DNA from: an uncultured Alphaproteobacteria bacterium
GTDB lineage: Bacteria > Pseudomonadota > Alphaproteobacteria > Sphingomonadales > Sphingomonadaceae
DNA: 64,000 nucleotides
NCBI GenBank assembly: GCA_963732535.1
Contig: CAVSZW010000002.1
Coordinates: forward strand, 33 to 64,032
Reading direction: 5' to 3'
Positions 45,191-56,261 of the stretch are shown piece after piece (within the stretch, counting starts at the first letter, position 1; each line of letters opens with the position of its first letter). Made by a program: the position numbers and the translations under genes. The notes beneath the pieces are model-generated. The model was given only the letters and a program-made list of their open reading frames with translations, was not told the origin of the DNA and searched no databases.

Positions 45191-45932
45191 GCCCGCAAAC
45201 CGTTTTACATCCGACAGATATTTGCGCCCGATCCGCATCAATTCCCCGTCGGCAAAGATGACATGCCACACGCCGCCGCCTTCGTGGCGCAGGCCGCTGA
45301 TCCGGTCCAGTCGCACGATATGACTGCGGTGGATGCGCTGGAATTGGGCAGGATCCAGCCGCGCTTCCAGCGCTGAAATCGTCTGGTGTAGCAAATAGCT
45401 GCGCCCGCCCACATGCAGCCGCATATAATCGCGTTCCGCCTCGATATGTTCAATATCATGCGCCGCGATCCGGATCAGTTCGGAGCGATGCGAAACCCAG
45501 AATTCGCTCGCATAATCGCCCAGCGCCTCCCGCGACGGTTTCCGCCTGCGCCCTCGCCGCTTGCGCCCGGGTAACGGCACGCTCCAGCCGGTCGGTAGAA
45601 ACGGGTTTCAGCAGATAGTCGGCGATATCCAGATCAAAGGCTTCAACTGCAAAATTATCATACGCAGTTACCAGAACGACCGCTGGGGCCGGGCGAATGG
45701 CATGGAGCGCGCGGGCCGCTGCAATGCCGTCCATGCGCGGCATTTCAATATCGAGAAAAACCAGATCGGGGGCACATTCGGTCGCGATCCGCAATGCTTC
45801 CAGCCCGTCGCTGGCCGTACCCACAATCGAAATGTCGGGTAATGCAGAGCAGAGTGCCACCAGCCGTTCGACCGCAAGGGGTTCATCATCGACGATCAAT
45901 GTCCGCATCCGTGCGGGATTCTCATCCGCCAT
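45185..45932 (-). CDS. LytTR family response regulator (frameshift near 45530)
   Basis: IVDDEPLA, FLDIEMP, DYLLKP; F.RIHRSHIV. Confidence 0.9.
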
Positions 45933-47076
45933 TTCCGCGCTCCTTGTAGATGATGATCCGGGCGACAAAGCCCCCTTCACTTAGCTGTTCGGTTTCAAGC
46001 CGCGCCATGCTGCCAAAACGCGCTTCTAACCGGTCACGCACATTGGCGATGCCAATCCCGGCACTTTGCCTGCCTGTCGTCGAAGGCGTGGGCGCGGCTT
46101 CGCCGTTATCGCTTACACAGATTTCGGTCCCCGCTTCCGTCGCTTGGGCGGTGATCGAGACGGTTACCGGCCGGTTGGTGCGGGCGACGCCATATTTGAT
46201 AGCATTTTCAATCAACGGTTGCAGGATCATCGTGGGCAGCTTTGTGGCGCGAACATTATCGGCAATGGCGATGTCCGATCTCAGCCGTTCGGGATAGCGA
46301 ACCGCTTCTATTTCCAAATAGCGTCTTTGCAGCGCCACTTCCTCGTCCAGCGTTACATCTTCCAGCGGATCGATGGATAGGCTGGTGCGATAAAAATTCG
46401 ACAGATTCTGGATCATGGCCTCTGCCGTGCTGTTTTTGCCGGTGATCACCAGACTGGAAAGCGAATTCAGCGTGTTAAACAAAAAATGCGGGTTCACTTG
46501 ATAGCGCAGCGAGCGAAGTTCGCTGTCCTGTGCGGCCTGGGCAAAGCGTGCTGCCGTGCGTTCGGCTTCGCGTACTTCCTGAGCATAGCCAAGCGCCAGA
46601 TAAAGTGCCGCCCAAGCGATGATGAAAAAATAGCGAGTGACGGCAATTTCGCTGACTTCCTGCCAAGCGGTCATCCCCAATTGCTCGCTTAAATCCTGTG
46701 CGCTCAGGGCAGGGTCCAAATCGGCGAACAGCCCCGCTGGATCGTAAATGTTGAAGATATAATAATTGGCATAGGCAATGGCGAAGGCACAGGGGACCGC
46801 GAGCAGAAAGGCGCTCGCCATGCGGTGCACCAACGGTCTGCGATCAAAAGCGCGCAGGATCAGGTATAGCAGCCATGTCAGGAAAACCCCGACAATGGTC
46901 ACGATCACCCGGCGTAGCGTCAATTCGGCTCCACCGGGCAGTTCGAGCAGTGCCGAACGCAACGAAACGATTACGAAATGGAAAATCCAAAAGCCGATGA
47001 TCGTCGATAGTGCGACCTGATGGCCGACAAGCGTGCGCTTTGTTTGGGACAATTGGGGTTTGAACCGCTGGATCAT
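45922..47076 (-). CDS. LytS-type sensor histidine kinase
   Basis: LRYQVNPHFLFNTLN, LQPLIENAIKYG, GIGIANVRDRL; N-terminal TM segments. Confidence 0.92.
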   Translation of the reverse strand: MIQRFKPQLSQTKRTLVGHQVALSTIIGFWIFHFVIVSLRSALLELPGGAELTLRRVIVTIVGVFLTWLLYLILRAFDRRPLVHRMASAFLLAVPCAFAIAYANYYIFNIYDPAGLFADLDPALSAQDLSEQLGMTAWQEVSEIAVTRYFFIIAWAALYLALGYAQEVREAERTAARFAQAAQDSELRSLRYQVNPHFLFNTLNSLSSLVITGKNSTAEAMIQNLSNFYRTSLSIDPLEDVTLDEEVALQRRYLEIEAVRYPERLRSDIAIADNVRATKLPTMILQPLIENAIKYGVARTNRPVTVSITAQATEAGTEICVSDNGEAAPTPSTTGRQSAGIGIANVRDRLEARFGSMARLETEQLSEGGFVARIIIYKERGNGG

Positions 47077-47195
47077 GGCTATCTATCTTAGGCGTAATTT
47101 GCAGAAAATATGCAAGTGGATCGGTTGCTTGTCGAATAATGCCCCTATTTGATCGAAGCACTACGCCCCCGAAATTGCGAAAAGGCGGTGTGGAG

Positions 47196-47212
47196 TTAAC
47201 CATTCGATAACC
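47196..47212 (+). promoter_or_regulatory. Putative CtrA box
   Basis: TTAA-CCATTCG-ATAACC upstream of the 47262 ORF. Confidence 0.45.
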
Positions 47213-47261
47213 ATGTTTATGAGAAACATCTGTCGGGCAGAAATAAACAGGGCCAGACAAG

Positions 47262-47816
47262 ATGAGCAGTGGCAGCATATCAGCACCGGGTCATTTGACC
47301 TTTGCAGAAATCAAGGAATTTGCGGGCTTTGCCGCTGGGGCACAGCGTTATATCCGCCGCTCGCTCGACGTGGCCTTTGATCGCATCGATGCCGTGGAGA
47401 TATGGTCGCGCGACGTGGTCGAAGCCGCCAGCATCAAAGCGCAGCATAAATTTTATGATCGGCTGCCCGATATCCGCGCGTTGATCCCCGATAGCAGTTC
47501 GATTGGCGATGCCGAACCCTTTCTCTCGCCGCTGATCTCGGTTTCGGCCTTTGATTTGGGGCAAGGGCGGATCGATGGCTTTTCGGCCTATCGGTTCCTG
47601 TACGAGCGCTTGATCGGACCCGAGGCCCGGCCTTGGCTGCCTGCCGCCTTTTGCGCGGCTTCCTCTATGCCGCATTTGCAGCCAGAGCGGCGCAAGCTGT
47701 TGTTGCAATCGATCAGCGAAGCCGTGGCGACAGCGCCCGGCTGGTCAAAACGCGCACCATCGTTTTTCCCCGAATGGGTGGAAAAGGTCGATAGCGAGGG
47801 CAATTCGGCGCACTGA
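47262..47816 (+). CDS. Hypothetical protein
   Basis: 184-aa ORF with host-like codon use filling the intergenic space. Confidence 0.75.
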   Translation: MSSGSISAPGHLTFAEIKEFAGFAAGAQRYIRRSLDVAFDRIDAVEIWSRDVVEAASIKAQHKFYDRLPDIRALIPDSSSIGDAEPFLSPLISVSAFDLGQGRIDGFSAYRFLYERLIGPEARPWLPAAFCAASSMPHLQPERRKLLLQSISEAVATAPGWSKRAPSFFPEWVEKVDSEGNSAH

Positions 47817-47882
47817 ACGTCGAGACCGGACTATCATCGGCAGTGATTGCCGCACGGCTTTGCTTGGCTTATAGGCGCGGCT

Positions 47883-49022
47883 ATGTCCTCTATCAGACCT
47901 TGGCGTGATATAGCACGCCGTCAATCCCGCCAGATCATGGTGGGTGCTGTTCCAGTCGGCGGCGATGCGCCGATTTCGGTGCAGACGATGACCAACACGC
48001 TGACCAGCGACGCGAAGGCGACGATTGACCAAATCCGGCGCTGCGAAGATGCCGGCGTCGATATCATCCGCGTCTCTTGCCCCGATGAAGCGTCAACTGC
48101 CGCGCTCAAGCAAATTGTGCGTGCAGCGCATGTCCCCATCGTCGCGGATATCCATTTCCACTATAAACGTGCGCTGGAGGCGGCGGATGCGGGCGCGGCC
48201 TGTTTGCGGATCAACCCCGGCAATATTGGCAGCGCGGAACGCGTGAACGAGGTGGTCAATGCGGCAAAGGCCAATGGCTGCGCGATCCGCATCGGCGTGA
48301 ATGCAGGCAGTCTCGAAAAGGATTTGCTCGAAAAATATGGCGAGCCTTGCCCAGAGGCGCTGATCGAAAGCGCGCTCGATCATATCAAGCTGCTGCAAGA
48401 CCGGGATTTTCACGAATATAAAGTGGCGGTGAAAGCGTCGGACGTTTTCCTCGCGGTCGCCGCCTATATGGGGCTGGCCGAGGCGGTCGATTGCCCGCTG
48501 CATCTGGGGATTACCGAGGCGGGAGGCTTGATTGGCGGCACGGTGAAATCCTCCATCGGCATGGGCAATATGTTGTGGGCGGGGATTGGCGATACAATCC
48601 GCGTTTCATTGTCGGCGGAGCCAGAGGAAGAAGTTCGGGTCGGGTATGAAATCCTGAAGTCCCTAGGCCTCAGGACACGCGGCGTGAGGGTGGTGTCGTG
48701 CCCCTCTTGCGCGCGGCAAGGCTTTGATGTGATCCGCACCGTGCAAAAACTCGAAGATGCGCTCGGCCATATCAAAACCCCGATGTCGCTCTCGGTCCTC
48801 GGCTGTGTGGTAAACGGACCCGGCGAAGCGCGCGAAACCGACATCGGCATCACCGGCGGCGGCAATGGCAAGCATATGGTTTATCTGTCAGGCGTCACCG
48901 ATCATCATGTGCAGGATGGCGAGATGATCGACCATATCGTGAAGCTGGTGGAGGCCAAGGCGGCGGAGATTGATGCCGGGACGAGCGTGAGCATGGATGT
49001 AGCGCACGGGAAGATGGGTTGA
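47883..49022 (+). CDS. ispG: HMBPP synthase
   Basis: [34 protein letters not shown]. Confidence 0.97.
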   Translation: MSSIRPWRDIARRQSRQIMVGAVPVGGDAPISVQTMTNTLTSDAKATIDQIRRCEDAGVDIIRVSCPDEASTAALKQIVRAAHVPIVADIHFHYKRALEAADAGAACLRINPGNIGSAERVNEVVNAAKANGCAIRIGVNAGSLEKDLLEKYGEPCPEALIESALDHIKLLQDRDFHEYKVAVKASDVFLAVAAYMGLAEAVDCPLHLGITEAGGLIGGTVKSSIGMGNMLWAGIGDTIRVSLSAEPEEEVRVGYEILKSLGLRTRGVRVVSCPSCARQGFDVIRTVQKLEDALGHIKTPMSLSVLGCVVNGPGEARETDIGITGGGNGKHMVYLSGVTDHHVQDGEMIDHIVKLVEAKAAEIDAGTSVSMDVAHGKMG

Positions 49023-49522
49023 GCATTTATTGGAAAATGTTCAGCTGGGAGGCATTTGCCACGCTTACAACCGGCGTTCTTGCAGTTGGTGTGGCAGCTT
49101 GGGTTGGCTTCAACCAGGTCAAGCTGCAACGACGACAAACGAAGCTAATCGAAAACGATCTTAAGATTCAATTGCTTGAAAAGCGTTCGAAATGTGTTGA
49201 GTCCATGAGGAAAATATCGAGTGCTTGGATTGCACACATGAAACTGACAGACGAAGAGTGGTTAAATTTCCACGCACTTTTCCGCGAAGCAGAACTCCTT
49301 TTTCCACCCGACGTGACGAAAAATCTCGATCAGGCACTAAGTGGCATTTTCTGGGCTAAACAGCACTTTAAAAGATCTTCTCAATATTATGAGCGAGGCG
49401 ACACCAAGCAAGCAGAGCATCGAATGGACGACGCATTTGCTGAAGAGGATAAAGTGATGAAAATAATGCCAACACTCTTGAACGAACTTATCGACCACAC
49501 TCGGATTGATGCTTGGGAATAG
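49019..49522 (+). CDS. Hypothetical AT-rich protein with an N-terminal TM helix
   Basis: 167-aa ORF with atypical codon usage, overlapping the ispG stop. Confidence 0.65.
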   Translation: MSIYWKMFSWEAFATLTTGVLAVGVAAWVGFNQVKLQRRQTKLIENDLKIQLLEKRSKCVESMRKISSAWIAHMKLTDEEWLNFHALFREAELLFPPDVTKNLDQALSGIFWAKQHFKRSSQYYERGDTKQAEHRMDDAFAEEDKVMKIMPTLLNELIDHTRIDAWE

Positions 49523-49568
49523 GCCTTTCAATTGACTGTGGTAGCAACAAGTGCTACCAATGCCCACC

Positions 49569-49832
49569 ATGAGCAAAGTCGAAAAAATCTCCATCGCCCT
49601 AACCGACGAAATGCTCGCTTCGGTTAAGGATGCCGTCGCGTCGGGCGATTATGCTTCGTCGAGCGAGGTTATCCGCCATGCCTTGCGTGATTGGAAGAAG
49701 CAGCGGGAGAGGGAAATTTCCCATTTGCGTCAACTGGTTGCGGAAGGGCTGAAAGGACCGTTCGAACCGTGGGAGGGGGCAGAGGCCTTGCAAAGCGAGT
49801 TCCGGGAGCTTCGGGCAAAACGTGGAGCGTAA
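49569..49832 (+). CDS. ParD-like ribbon-helix-helix antitoxin
   Basis: KISIAL...V.SGDYASSSEVIR.ALRDW. Confidence 0.85.
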   Translation: MSKVEKISIALTDEMLASVKDAVASGDYASSSEVIRHALRDWKKQREREISHLRQLVAEGLKGPFEPWEGAEALQSEFRELRAKRGA

Positions 49833-50127
49833 ATGGCGGGTGGTCCGCAGTAGATCGGCCAAGACCGATCTTTTCGAAATCTGGTCTTATATCGCAGAGC
49901 ACGACATTGATGCGGCAGATCGATGGCTGGAGCGAATAGAAGCTGCGATCAACCGCCTTTCCGATTTTCCGGGCCTTGGCAGTACGCGAAACGAACTTCC
50001 CGAGGGCATATTGGCTTATTCAATGAACCCGTACATGCTGCTTTACGCTCAACAGCCCGATGGACAATTGGTTGAAATCGTCCGTGTGATCGATGCGCGG
50101 CGCGATTTCGGGAGTCTGTTTTTATGA
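49822..50127 (+). CDS. RelE/ParE family toxin
   Basis: A..DL.EIW.YIA....AAD, L..FP.LG..R, IVRVI...RD. Confidence 0.88.
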   Translation: MERKWRVVRSRSAKTDLFEIWSYIAEHDIDAADRWLERIEAAINRLSDFPGLGSTRNELPEGILAYSMNPYMLLYAQQPDGQLVEIVRVIDARRDFGSLFL

Positions 50128-50706
50128 CCCTATCCATCCGCCCCGCCATCCCCGCCGACCTCCCCCTGATCGCGCAGTTCATTCGTGACCTCGCGGAGTA
50201 CGAAAAGCTCGCCCACGAAGTGCGCTTTGATGAGGCCGCACTCGGCGACCGCCTGTTCGGGAGGCGGGGCTCGCCCCTATGCCGAGGTGCTGATAGGCGA
50301 GATTGCTGGCGTCCCGCAGGGCTTCGCTCTGTTCTTCCACAATTTCTCCACCTTTGAGGGGAAGCCCGGCGTGTATCTGGAAGACCTGTTCGTGCGGCCC
50401 GAAGCGCGGGGTTCCGGATTGGGCAAGGCGCTGCTCAAACGGCTGGCTGCCATTACCGTCGAGCGCGATTGCGCTAGGCTCGAATGGTCTGTGCTCGATT
50501 GGAATGAACCGTCGATCCAGTTCTACAAAAAGCTGGGCGCAAGGCCGATGGACGAATGGACGGTGTTTCGGGTCGATGGCGACACGCTGGCGGAATTGGC
50601 GGCATCAAGCCTGAATGAAAACCGAAGTGCTGCGCTTGTCGAAGCACGCCTTAACGTTTGCGCTGCCCTTTGCCGCGCCCTTCGACAGGCTCAGGGCTAC
50701 GGTTGA
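50124..50706 (+). CDS. GNAT acetyltransferase, diamine N-acetyltransferase-like (frameshift near 50265)
   Basis: LAEYEKL, NFSTFEGKPG.YLEDLFV, VLDWN.P.I.FY; C-terminal tail is repeat-derived. Confidence 0.88.
50621..50703. repeat. Palindromic repeat, copy 3 (degenerate left arm)
   Basis: ACCGAAGTGCTGCGCTTGTCGAAGC...GCCCTTCGACAGGCTCAGGGCTACGGT. Confidence 0.85.
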
Positions 50707-50720
50707 TCATTCCACCAAAA

Positions 50721-51533
50721 TTACAGCAAACTGCCGCCATCCACGGGATAGACCTGTCCGGTGATAAAGCCCGCCCGTGACGAAGCCAGAAAGACCACCA
50801 GTCCGGAGACATCCTCCGGCTGTGCCATCGGTGCAGGCACCACGGTTTTGCGGGAGCGCTTGGCGGCATCTTCCGGCGTGGACCCTGCAAATAGTTCCTG
50901 AAAAAATCCGCGTTCGGGATTGAAACGGCTGCCCGCGCTGAACGCTGCCGGATCGCGCGCCATCGTGGCATATGGGGCGACGCAATTGACCGTCACGCCA
51001 TATTGGCCAACTTCTTTGGCGAGGATTTTGGTAAAGCCATGCACCGCAGCCTTGGCGGTGGAATAGAGCGAAAGCGTATAATCGCCGACGATCCCTGCGG
51101 TTGATCCGATATTGACGATGCGGCCCGATTGCCTTTCGATCATGCCCGGCACCACCGCGCGGGTCATGCGGAGCGTGGTCTTCAGGCTGATATCGAGATC
51201 AGCCTCCCATGTATCGGGATCGGACTGCGCGAAATGCCCCGCCGCCGCGTTCCCGCCGACATTGTTGACCAGCACTTCGACAGGGCCAAGCGCTTCGGCG
51301 GCGGCCAATATTTTTGCCGGGGCTTGAATGTCGAGCAGGTCCGCCTTCACGAAAATGGCATCGGTTGCACCGCGTTCCTTGGCCAATTCGATCAGCTTTG
51401 CGCCCGCCGCCTCGTCGCGCCCGACAGCCACCAGCTTTGCGCCTTCGGTCGCCAGATCAAGCGCGATGGCGCGGCCGATATTGGCGGTAGCGCCGGTGAC
51501 GATGGCGACTTTGCCTGAAAGTCCCAGATCCAT
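50721..51533 (-). CDS. SDR family oxidoreductase
   Basis: TGATANIG, NNVG, YSTAK, VDGG. Confidence 0.9.
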   Translation of the reverse strand: MDLGLSGKVAIVTGATANIGRAIALDLATEGAKLVAVGRDEAAGAKLIELAKERGATDAIFVKADLLDIQAPAKILAAAEALGPVEVLVNNVGGNAAAGHFAQSDPDTWEADLDISLKTTLRMTRAVVPGMIERQSGRIVNIGSTAGIVGDYTLSLYSTAKAAVHGFTKILAKEVGQYGVTVNCVAPYATMARDPAAFSAGSRFNPERGFFQELFAGSTPEDAAKRSRKTVVPAPMAQPEDVSGLVVFLASSRAGFITGQVYPVDGGSLL

Positions 51534-51537
51534 TTCG

Positions 51538-52696
51538 TCACCCCTTTGTCGATATCCCGAAATCACGGCAATAATCGGCAAAACGCTCACGGATATATTC
51601 CTTCGTCAGCCCGTAATCGGCGAGATCATAGACATGTTTGCCAAAACGGTCTTTGGGCTTGTTGGTGATATAGGCGCTGCATCCGGCTTTCGGCATCCGC
51701 GCTCAGTTCGGTCGCCAAAATGCGCGTAGAGCCGCTGCATCGTGCCGATGGGATCGCGCGACCTGTTCGGTCATATTGGATGTCGTAAATTGCGCTTCGC
51801 CCCGTGTTTCGCGCGGAAAGCGTTTTGCCGCGCGACCATGAGCTTCAAACGTTTCCACCATGTCGCGGCCCAGTTGTTCGCGGTCCACCTTATCGCTCAG
51901 CATCACGCGGACATTCCACACCAAGCTGCATGCCGAGCCGACCACATCGACCGGATCACGGTGCGTCATCACCAATTGCGCGTCGGGAATACCTCGTTCA
52001 GTGCATCAAGATAGAGCGGATGCCATGGATTTTTCAGCGTCCACTGCCCGCCCGCTGTTCGGCCTGCAGCAATTGCAGCAGGCGTTTTCTGGTAGCGAAA
52101 GGCGGGGCGATAATCGGCCTCATAGAGGAAATATTTGTGATAATCGGGGATGTGATATTGCGAGTCATAGACTTGGGAAACAAAGCTGGGCGTCATCGCA
52201 AACTGACATTCGCAAGGGCTATCGCCATCCTCATGATGGATCGCCGAGATATGCGGCATGTGCTTCATCGAAAAATCAATCTGGTCCTGCGCCTTTTGAA
52301 AGCGCGGGCCAGCGTGCATTTCTTCGGGCGTTCGGTGGCGGCACCGAATCAAACGCCTCCCAGCGCAGGAAATTGCGCCGTGCAGGGTCTTCATTGAGCA
52401 GGTTGATCGTAAAGGTCGTCCCCGTGCGCGGCAGGCCGAAAACGAACATCGGCTTTTCCACCGGAGCGTTCGAGCAATTCGGGATGGCGTGCAGCCAATC
52501 CTCGACCTTCAGCCGGTTGGTGAGATAGCCGGTCACCGTGCGGACAAACGCACCTTCGCCCCGCTCGGTTAAGTTTGCGTCCTTGTTGAGCGAATCCACC
52601 AGCAGGTGAAAGCGGCGCCAAAATGCCATCATCGCCCAGATCGGTCAGCCCCGTCTCGGCGCGGGCATTGGCAAGCATTTCATCGGCATTAATCAT
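51538..52696 (-). CDS. Sulfotransferase family protein (several apparent frameshifts)
   Basis: PAPS motif GLPRTGTT, W.LKNP.H, THRDP, C-terminal GKHVYDLADYGL. Confidence 0.8.
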
Positions 52697-53043
52697 CCAT
52701 CACACTCCGTAATCCAGCAATAACGCGTTTTGGGCCGGTCAAAGACCCGCATTTCATCTTCCAGTATCTCGGGCGGAAGCGTCCCTTTGGAAACCATCCA
52801 GTTCAACCCGTCGAACGCCGCCTTGCTCTCGAAATGCAGTTCGGTGACGACATCGAATTCGGGCTCTGTCAGCTCCTTGGTATCAATATGCGGCATGGGG
52901 TTCAGATAGTTGCGTGTGTAACGCGTCATCCCAGCCATATATTTGTCCATCAACGGGCGATGGCGGTTTTCATAATGGTCGCGGAATTCCTCCACGCTCA
53001 TCCCCGGTCGGCGTTTGAGGAAGATGAAGACTTTGTGGGTCAT
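52693..53043 (-). CDS. EthD domain protein
   Basis: LKRRPGMSVEEFRDHYE..H, FD.VTEL.F, DE..FD. Confidence 0.85.
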   Translation of the reverse strand: MTHKVFIFLKRRPGMSVEEFRDHYENRHRPLMDKYMAGMTRYTRNYLNPMPHIDTKELTEPEFDVVTELHFESKAAFDGLNWMVSKGTLPPEILEDEMRVFDRPKTRYCWITECDG

Positions 53044-53053
53044 GCCAAAAACC

Positions 53054-54294
53054 TCAATCTAGCGCCGCGTCCGCCGCTGCGATCTCACTCTTCAACCACA
53101 TGGTTTCAGACAGATTGGTGCTGCCGCTCGCCACCAAAAGATGTTCGTGCGCTGTTTTATAGGCGGTCAGCGCATCCTTGTTTTCGGGGTCGGCCCCGCG
53201 AACAATATCCAGCAGAGTGGATTGCTTCCAACGGTCTGCCCGCTTCAATATGCTGTCGCGCGCGGACGACCAGCTTGTCGGCCCCGGCCAATTCCAGCAG
53301 ATCGGCGTTCACCGCCGAACGCGGCACACCATAAAGCTCGGTCGTGCCATCCTCATAATGCAGCCAACCCGAATATTCTTCCCAGATGGTCTTCACCGCC
53401 CAGCTGACTTTGCCGTGAAATTCACCGATTTTGAGATGCTCGGGCAGTTTCACTTCGCGCATCAATTGATGCACGGTCTTGCCCGCGATCATGCCTTCGT
53501 GCGTATAATCGCGCATCATAAGTGACCGCGCCGATCATCCGGTCGATATCGGCGCGGATTGTGGCCGCGCCCCTGATCGGATCGCCATGGCCGGTGATGA
53601 TGATCTCCGCGTCCAGATCGCGCAGCTTCGCCATCGATTTCAGGTAATTCCACACCAGCCGGGGCTTGTCGCCGCGCAGGGTGCACAGGAACGGCATCGA
53701 ATTCCATACAGGGCCGGTGATATTGCCGGTAAATGCGATCTTTTCCTTGGGCATCCAGACGATCAGATTATCGACCGTCTCTCCTTCGGGCGCGCTGATC
53801 AGCTCGAATGTGCGTCCGCCCTGTTCGATGGTGAGGGTGCGATCCACAAGGATGTCGGGAACCACATCGGGCGCGGGCTTGGGTGCGGTGGCGCGGCGCA
53901 ATGTGCTGCCCCACAGCTTCTTGCTGCGCGGGCCGAAATAGGCTTGCAGGCTCAGCATGTCGTGGCAGGCCTCGTTATAGCCGGGTCCGCCGACGACCTT
54001 CGTTGCCGCCTCTTTGAACACCGGCACACCGCCAAAATGATCGGCATGGCTTTGCGTGAGGAAAATATAGTTGAGCGCGCCGGTGCGGTGCGGTTTCAGC
54101 AACGCGACATTGCGCTGCTGATTGGCGTCATCCATGAAGCCGGTGTTGACCATGACATCGCCGTGATCGGTGGTGACCAGATAGGCGTTGGAAATGTCGT
54201 TCGCTTGAAAGATGAATGGCGTGATCGCAATGGCCTCGGTTTGCGCGTCGCCCGCGCGGGCGAGGTTGCCAAGTGGTGTCGCTTCCTTGCCCAT
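53054..54294 (-). CDS. MBL-fold alkyl sulfatase-like protein with dimerisation domain (frameshifts)
   Basis: TQSHADHFGG, GET.D, TLRGD, TGHG, HGKVSW...YSGW. Confidence 0.8.
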
Positions 54295-54295
54295 G

Positions 54296-55310
54296 TCAGT
54301 TCCTTTCCTCAAATTCGATCATCACCTTGGCCGATTGCGGGTGTCGCCGCGATTTCCAGCCCTTCGAGCACGCGTTCGAGCGGCAGGCGGTGGGAGATCA
54401 TCGCCGCGATCTTGTCTTTCAGGCGCGGCATCGCGGCGATCACGTCGGGAAATTCATCGGGGTAGCCGACTGCGGTGGTGATCGTCATTTCGCTGGTCAG
54501 CATTGCGCCTGCGGGCAATTCGATGGGCTTCATATAGGCGGCGGTAATCACATGGCGGGCATGTTTCTTCGCCATCGAAACGACATCGGACAGGATCGAA
54601 GGCGCACCAGCGGCGTCGATATAGGCATCGGTTTGTGCACGCTCGCGGCCGAAATATTGTTCGGCGCCGTGCAGTTCCTTGATCCGCGCCACGGTATTTT
54701 CGCTGCCCGGATTGATCGTTTTTGCGCCCAGCGCCCGCGCGCGTTCCAGCCGCTCTTCGGCCAGATCGAGCGCGATCACATCGCAGCCCCGGTCCACCGC
54801 CCACATCACCATGCCCAGGCCAATGGGGCCACAGCCGAAAATGACAAGCTTGGTCCCTGCTTTGGCTTCTGCCCGGTTCACCCCGTGCAGCGCCACCGCC
54901 AGCGGCTCGCACATCGCGGCGATTTCATAGGATATGCCTTCGGGGATCGGCAGGATCGAATCATTCAGCCGCGCGTCGCGCACCAGCAGCTCTTCGGTAA
55001 AGGCCCCTTCCGGCCCGCCCGAACCGATAAAGCTTGGCGTGTTCATCGGGTTGACGATCACCGGCTGGCCCACCGAAATGCCCTGCACTTCGCTGCCCAC
55101 CGCCATGATTTCGCCAGCGCCTTCATGGCCGAGCGCGGTCGTGCCGCCGGGTTCGCGCGGCATCCCGCCGACCTTGATGTAGCTAAGGTCGCTCCCGCAA
55201 ATCCCGCACGCCTTCATCTTGACGACGACGTCTTTCGGGCCAGCCTCGGGGCGTGTATAATCATCAAGCCGGACATCGCCGACGCCGTGGATTTTCAATA
55301 AATGGCCCAT
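54296..55310 (-). CDS. Zinc-binding alcohol dehydrogenase (MDR family)
   Basis: CGICGSD, LGHE, EPLAVALH, GCGPIG; probable true C-terminus SAKVMIEF lies in an adjacent frame. Confidence 0.88.
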
Positions 55311-55318
55311 TTCGTTTC

Positions 55319-56114
55319 CTATCCGCGGATCATATATCCGCCGTCGACGTTGATCGTCTCGCCGGAGATGAAGGACGAAGCATCGGAACAGAGGAACGCA
55401 CCAATGCCTTCAAAATCTTCAACTGCCCCCACACGTTTCATCGGCGTAACCGGCGCATAAGTGCCGTTCAGATATTGCGCCGCCGGGCCATCGGCTGGCC
55501 CCATCATCGGCGTCAGGATCAGCCCCGGTGCAACCACATTGGCGCGCACGCCATATTGCCCCATTTCGGCAGACAGGCTGCGGATCACCGCACCGATGGC
55601 CGATTTTGATCCGGCATATTCGGCCTTGCCGGGCAGTCCCTGATACATCGAAAGGCTGCCGCATGCGACAATGCTGCCGCCGGGCTCGCCCGCCTCGGCG
55701 CGCGCCTTCATATGCCGCGCGGCTTCGCGCAGCGTGAAGAACGCGCCGTGGAGCGCGGTCTTCTGAAATTCATACCAATGCTCGGTCGGCATATCGAAGA
55801 TCGAATTATAGCGCGGGGAAGCGCCCGAATTGGCGAAGACACAATCGATCCGGCCAAAGTCTGTCATCAACTGTGTCATATCCGGCAAGGATCGCCTCTT
55901 CGGACGAAACATCGACGATATAGGTTTCAACGCGGCCTGCGCCTGCCGCTTCCAGCTCTGCCTTTGCCGCCGCATTCTTTTCCGCATTGCGCGCCCAGAT
56001 CGCGATATCGCCGCCCATTTTGGCAATGCCCATGGCAAAGCCCAGACCGATCCCGCCATTGCCGCCGGTGACCAGCGTTACCTTGCCTGTGCAATCAAAT
56101 AGCCCTTTGGCCAT
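55319..56114 (-). CDS. SDR family oxidoreductase (frameshift near 55875)
   Basis: TGGNGGIG, YAGSK, VDGG. Confidence 0.88.
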
Positions 56115-56214
56115 ATCCATCTCCTTTGGTGGAAAAACCATTGCAGGAGGCGCGCGCGGATTTCCAGTGCCGTGCCAATCGCCGCGCCGATGACTCAAAT
56201 GCAGTCTTGGCATG

Positions 56215-56230
56215 TGGCCCGGCTTTCGCA
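56215..56230 (+). promoter_or_regulatory. Putative sigma-54 (-24/-12) promoter
   Basis: TGGCCCGGCTTTCGCA = GG-N10-GC, about 30 bp upstream of the TauD start. Confidence 0.45.
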
Positions 56231-56261
56231 CAATATGCGCGGGCAGAAGGAGACCCTCAAC

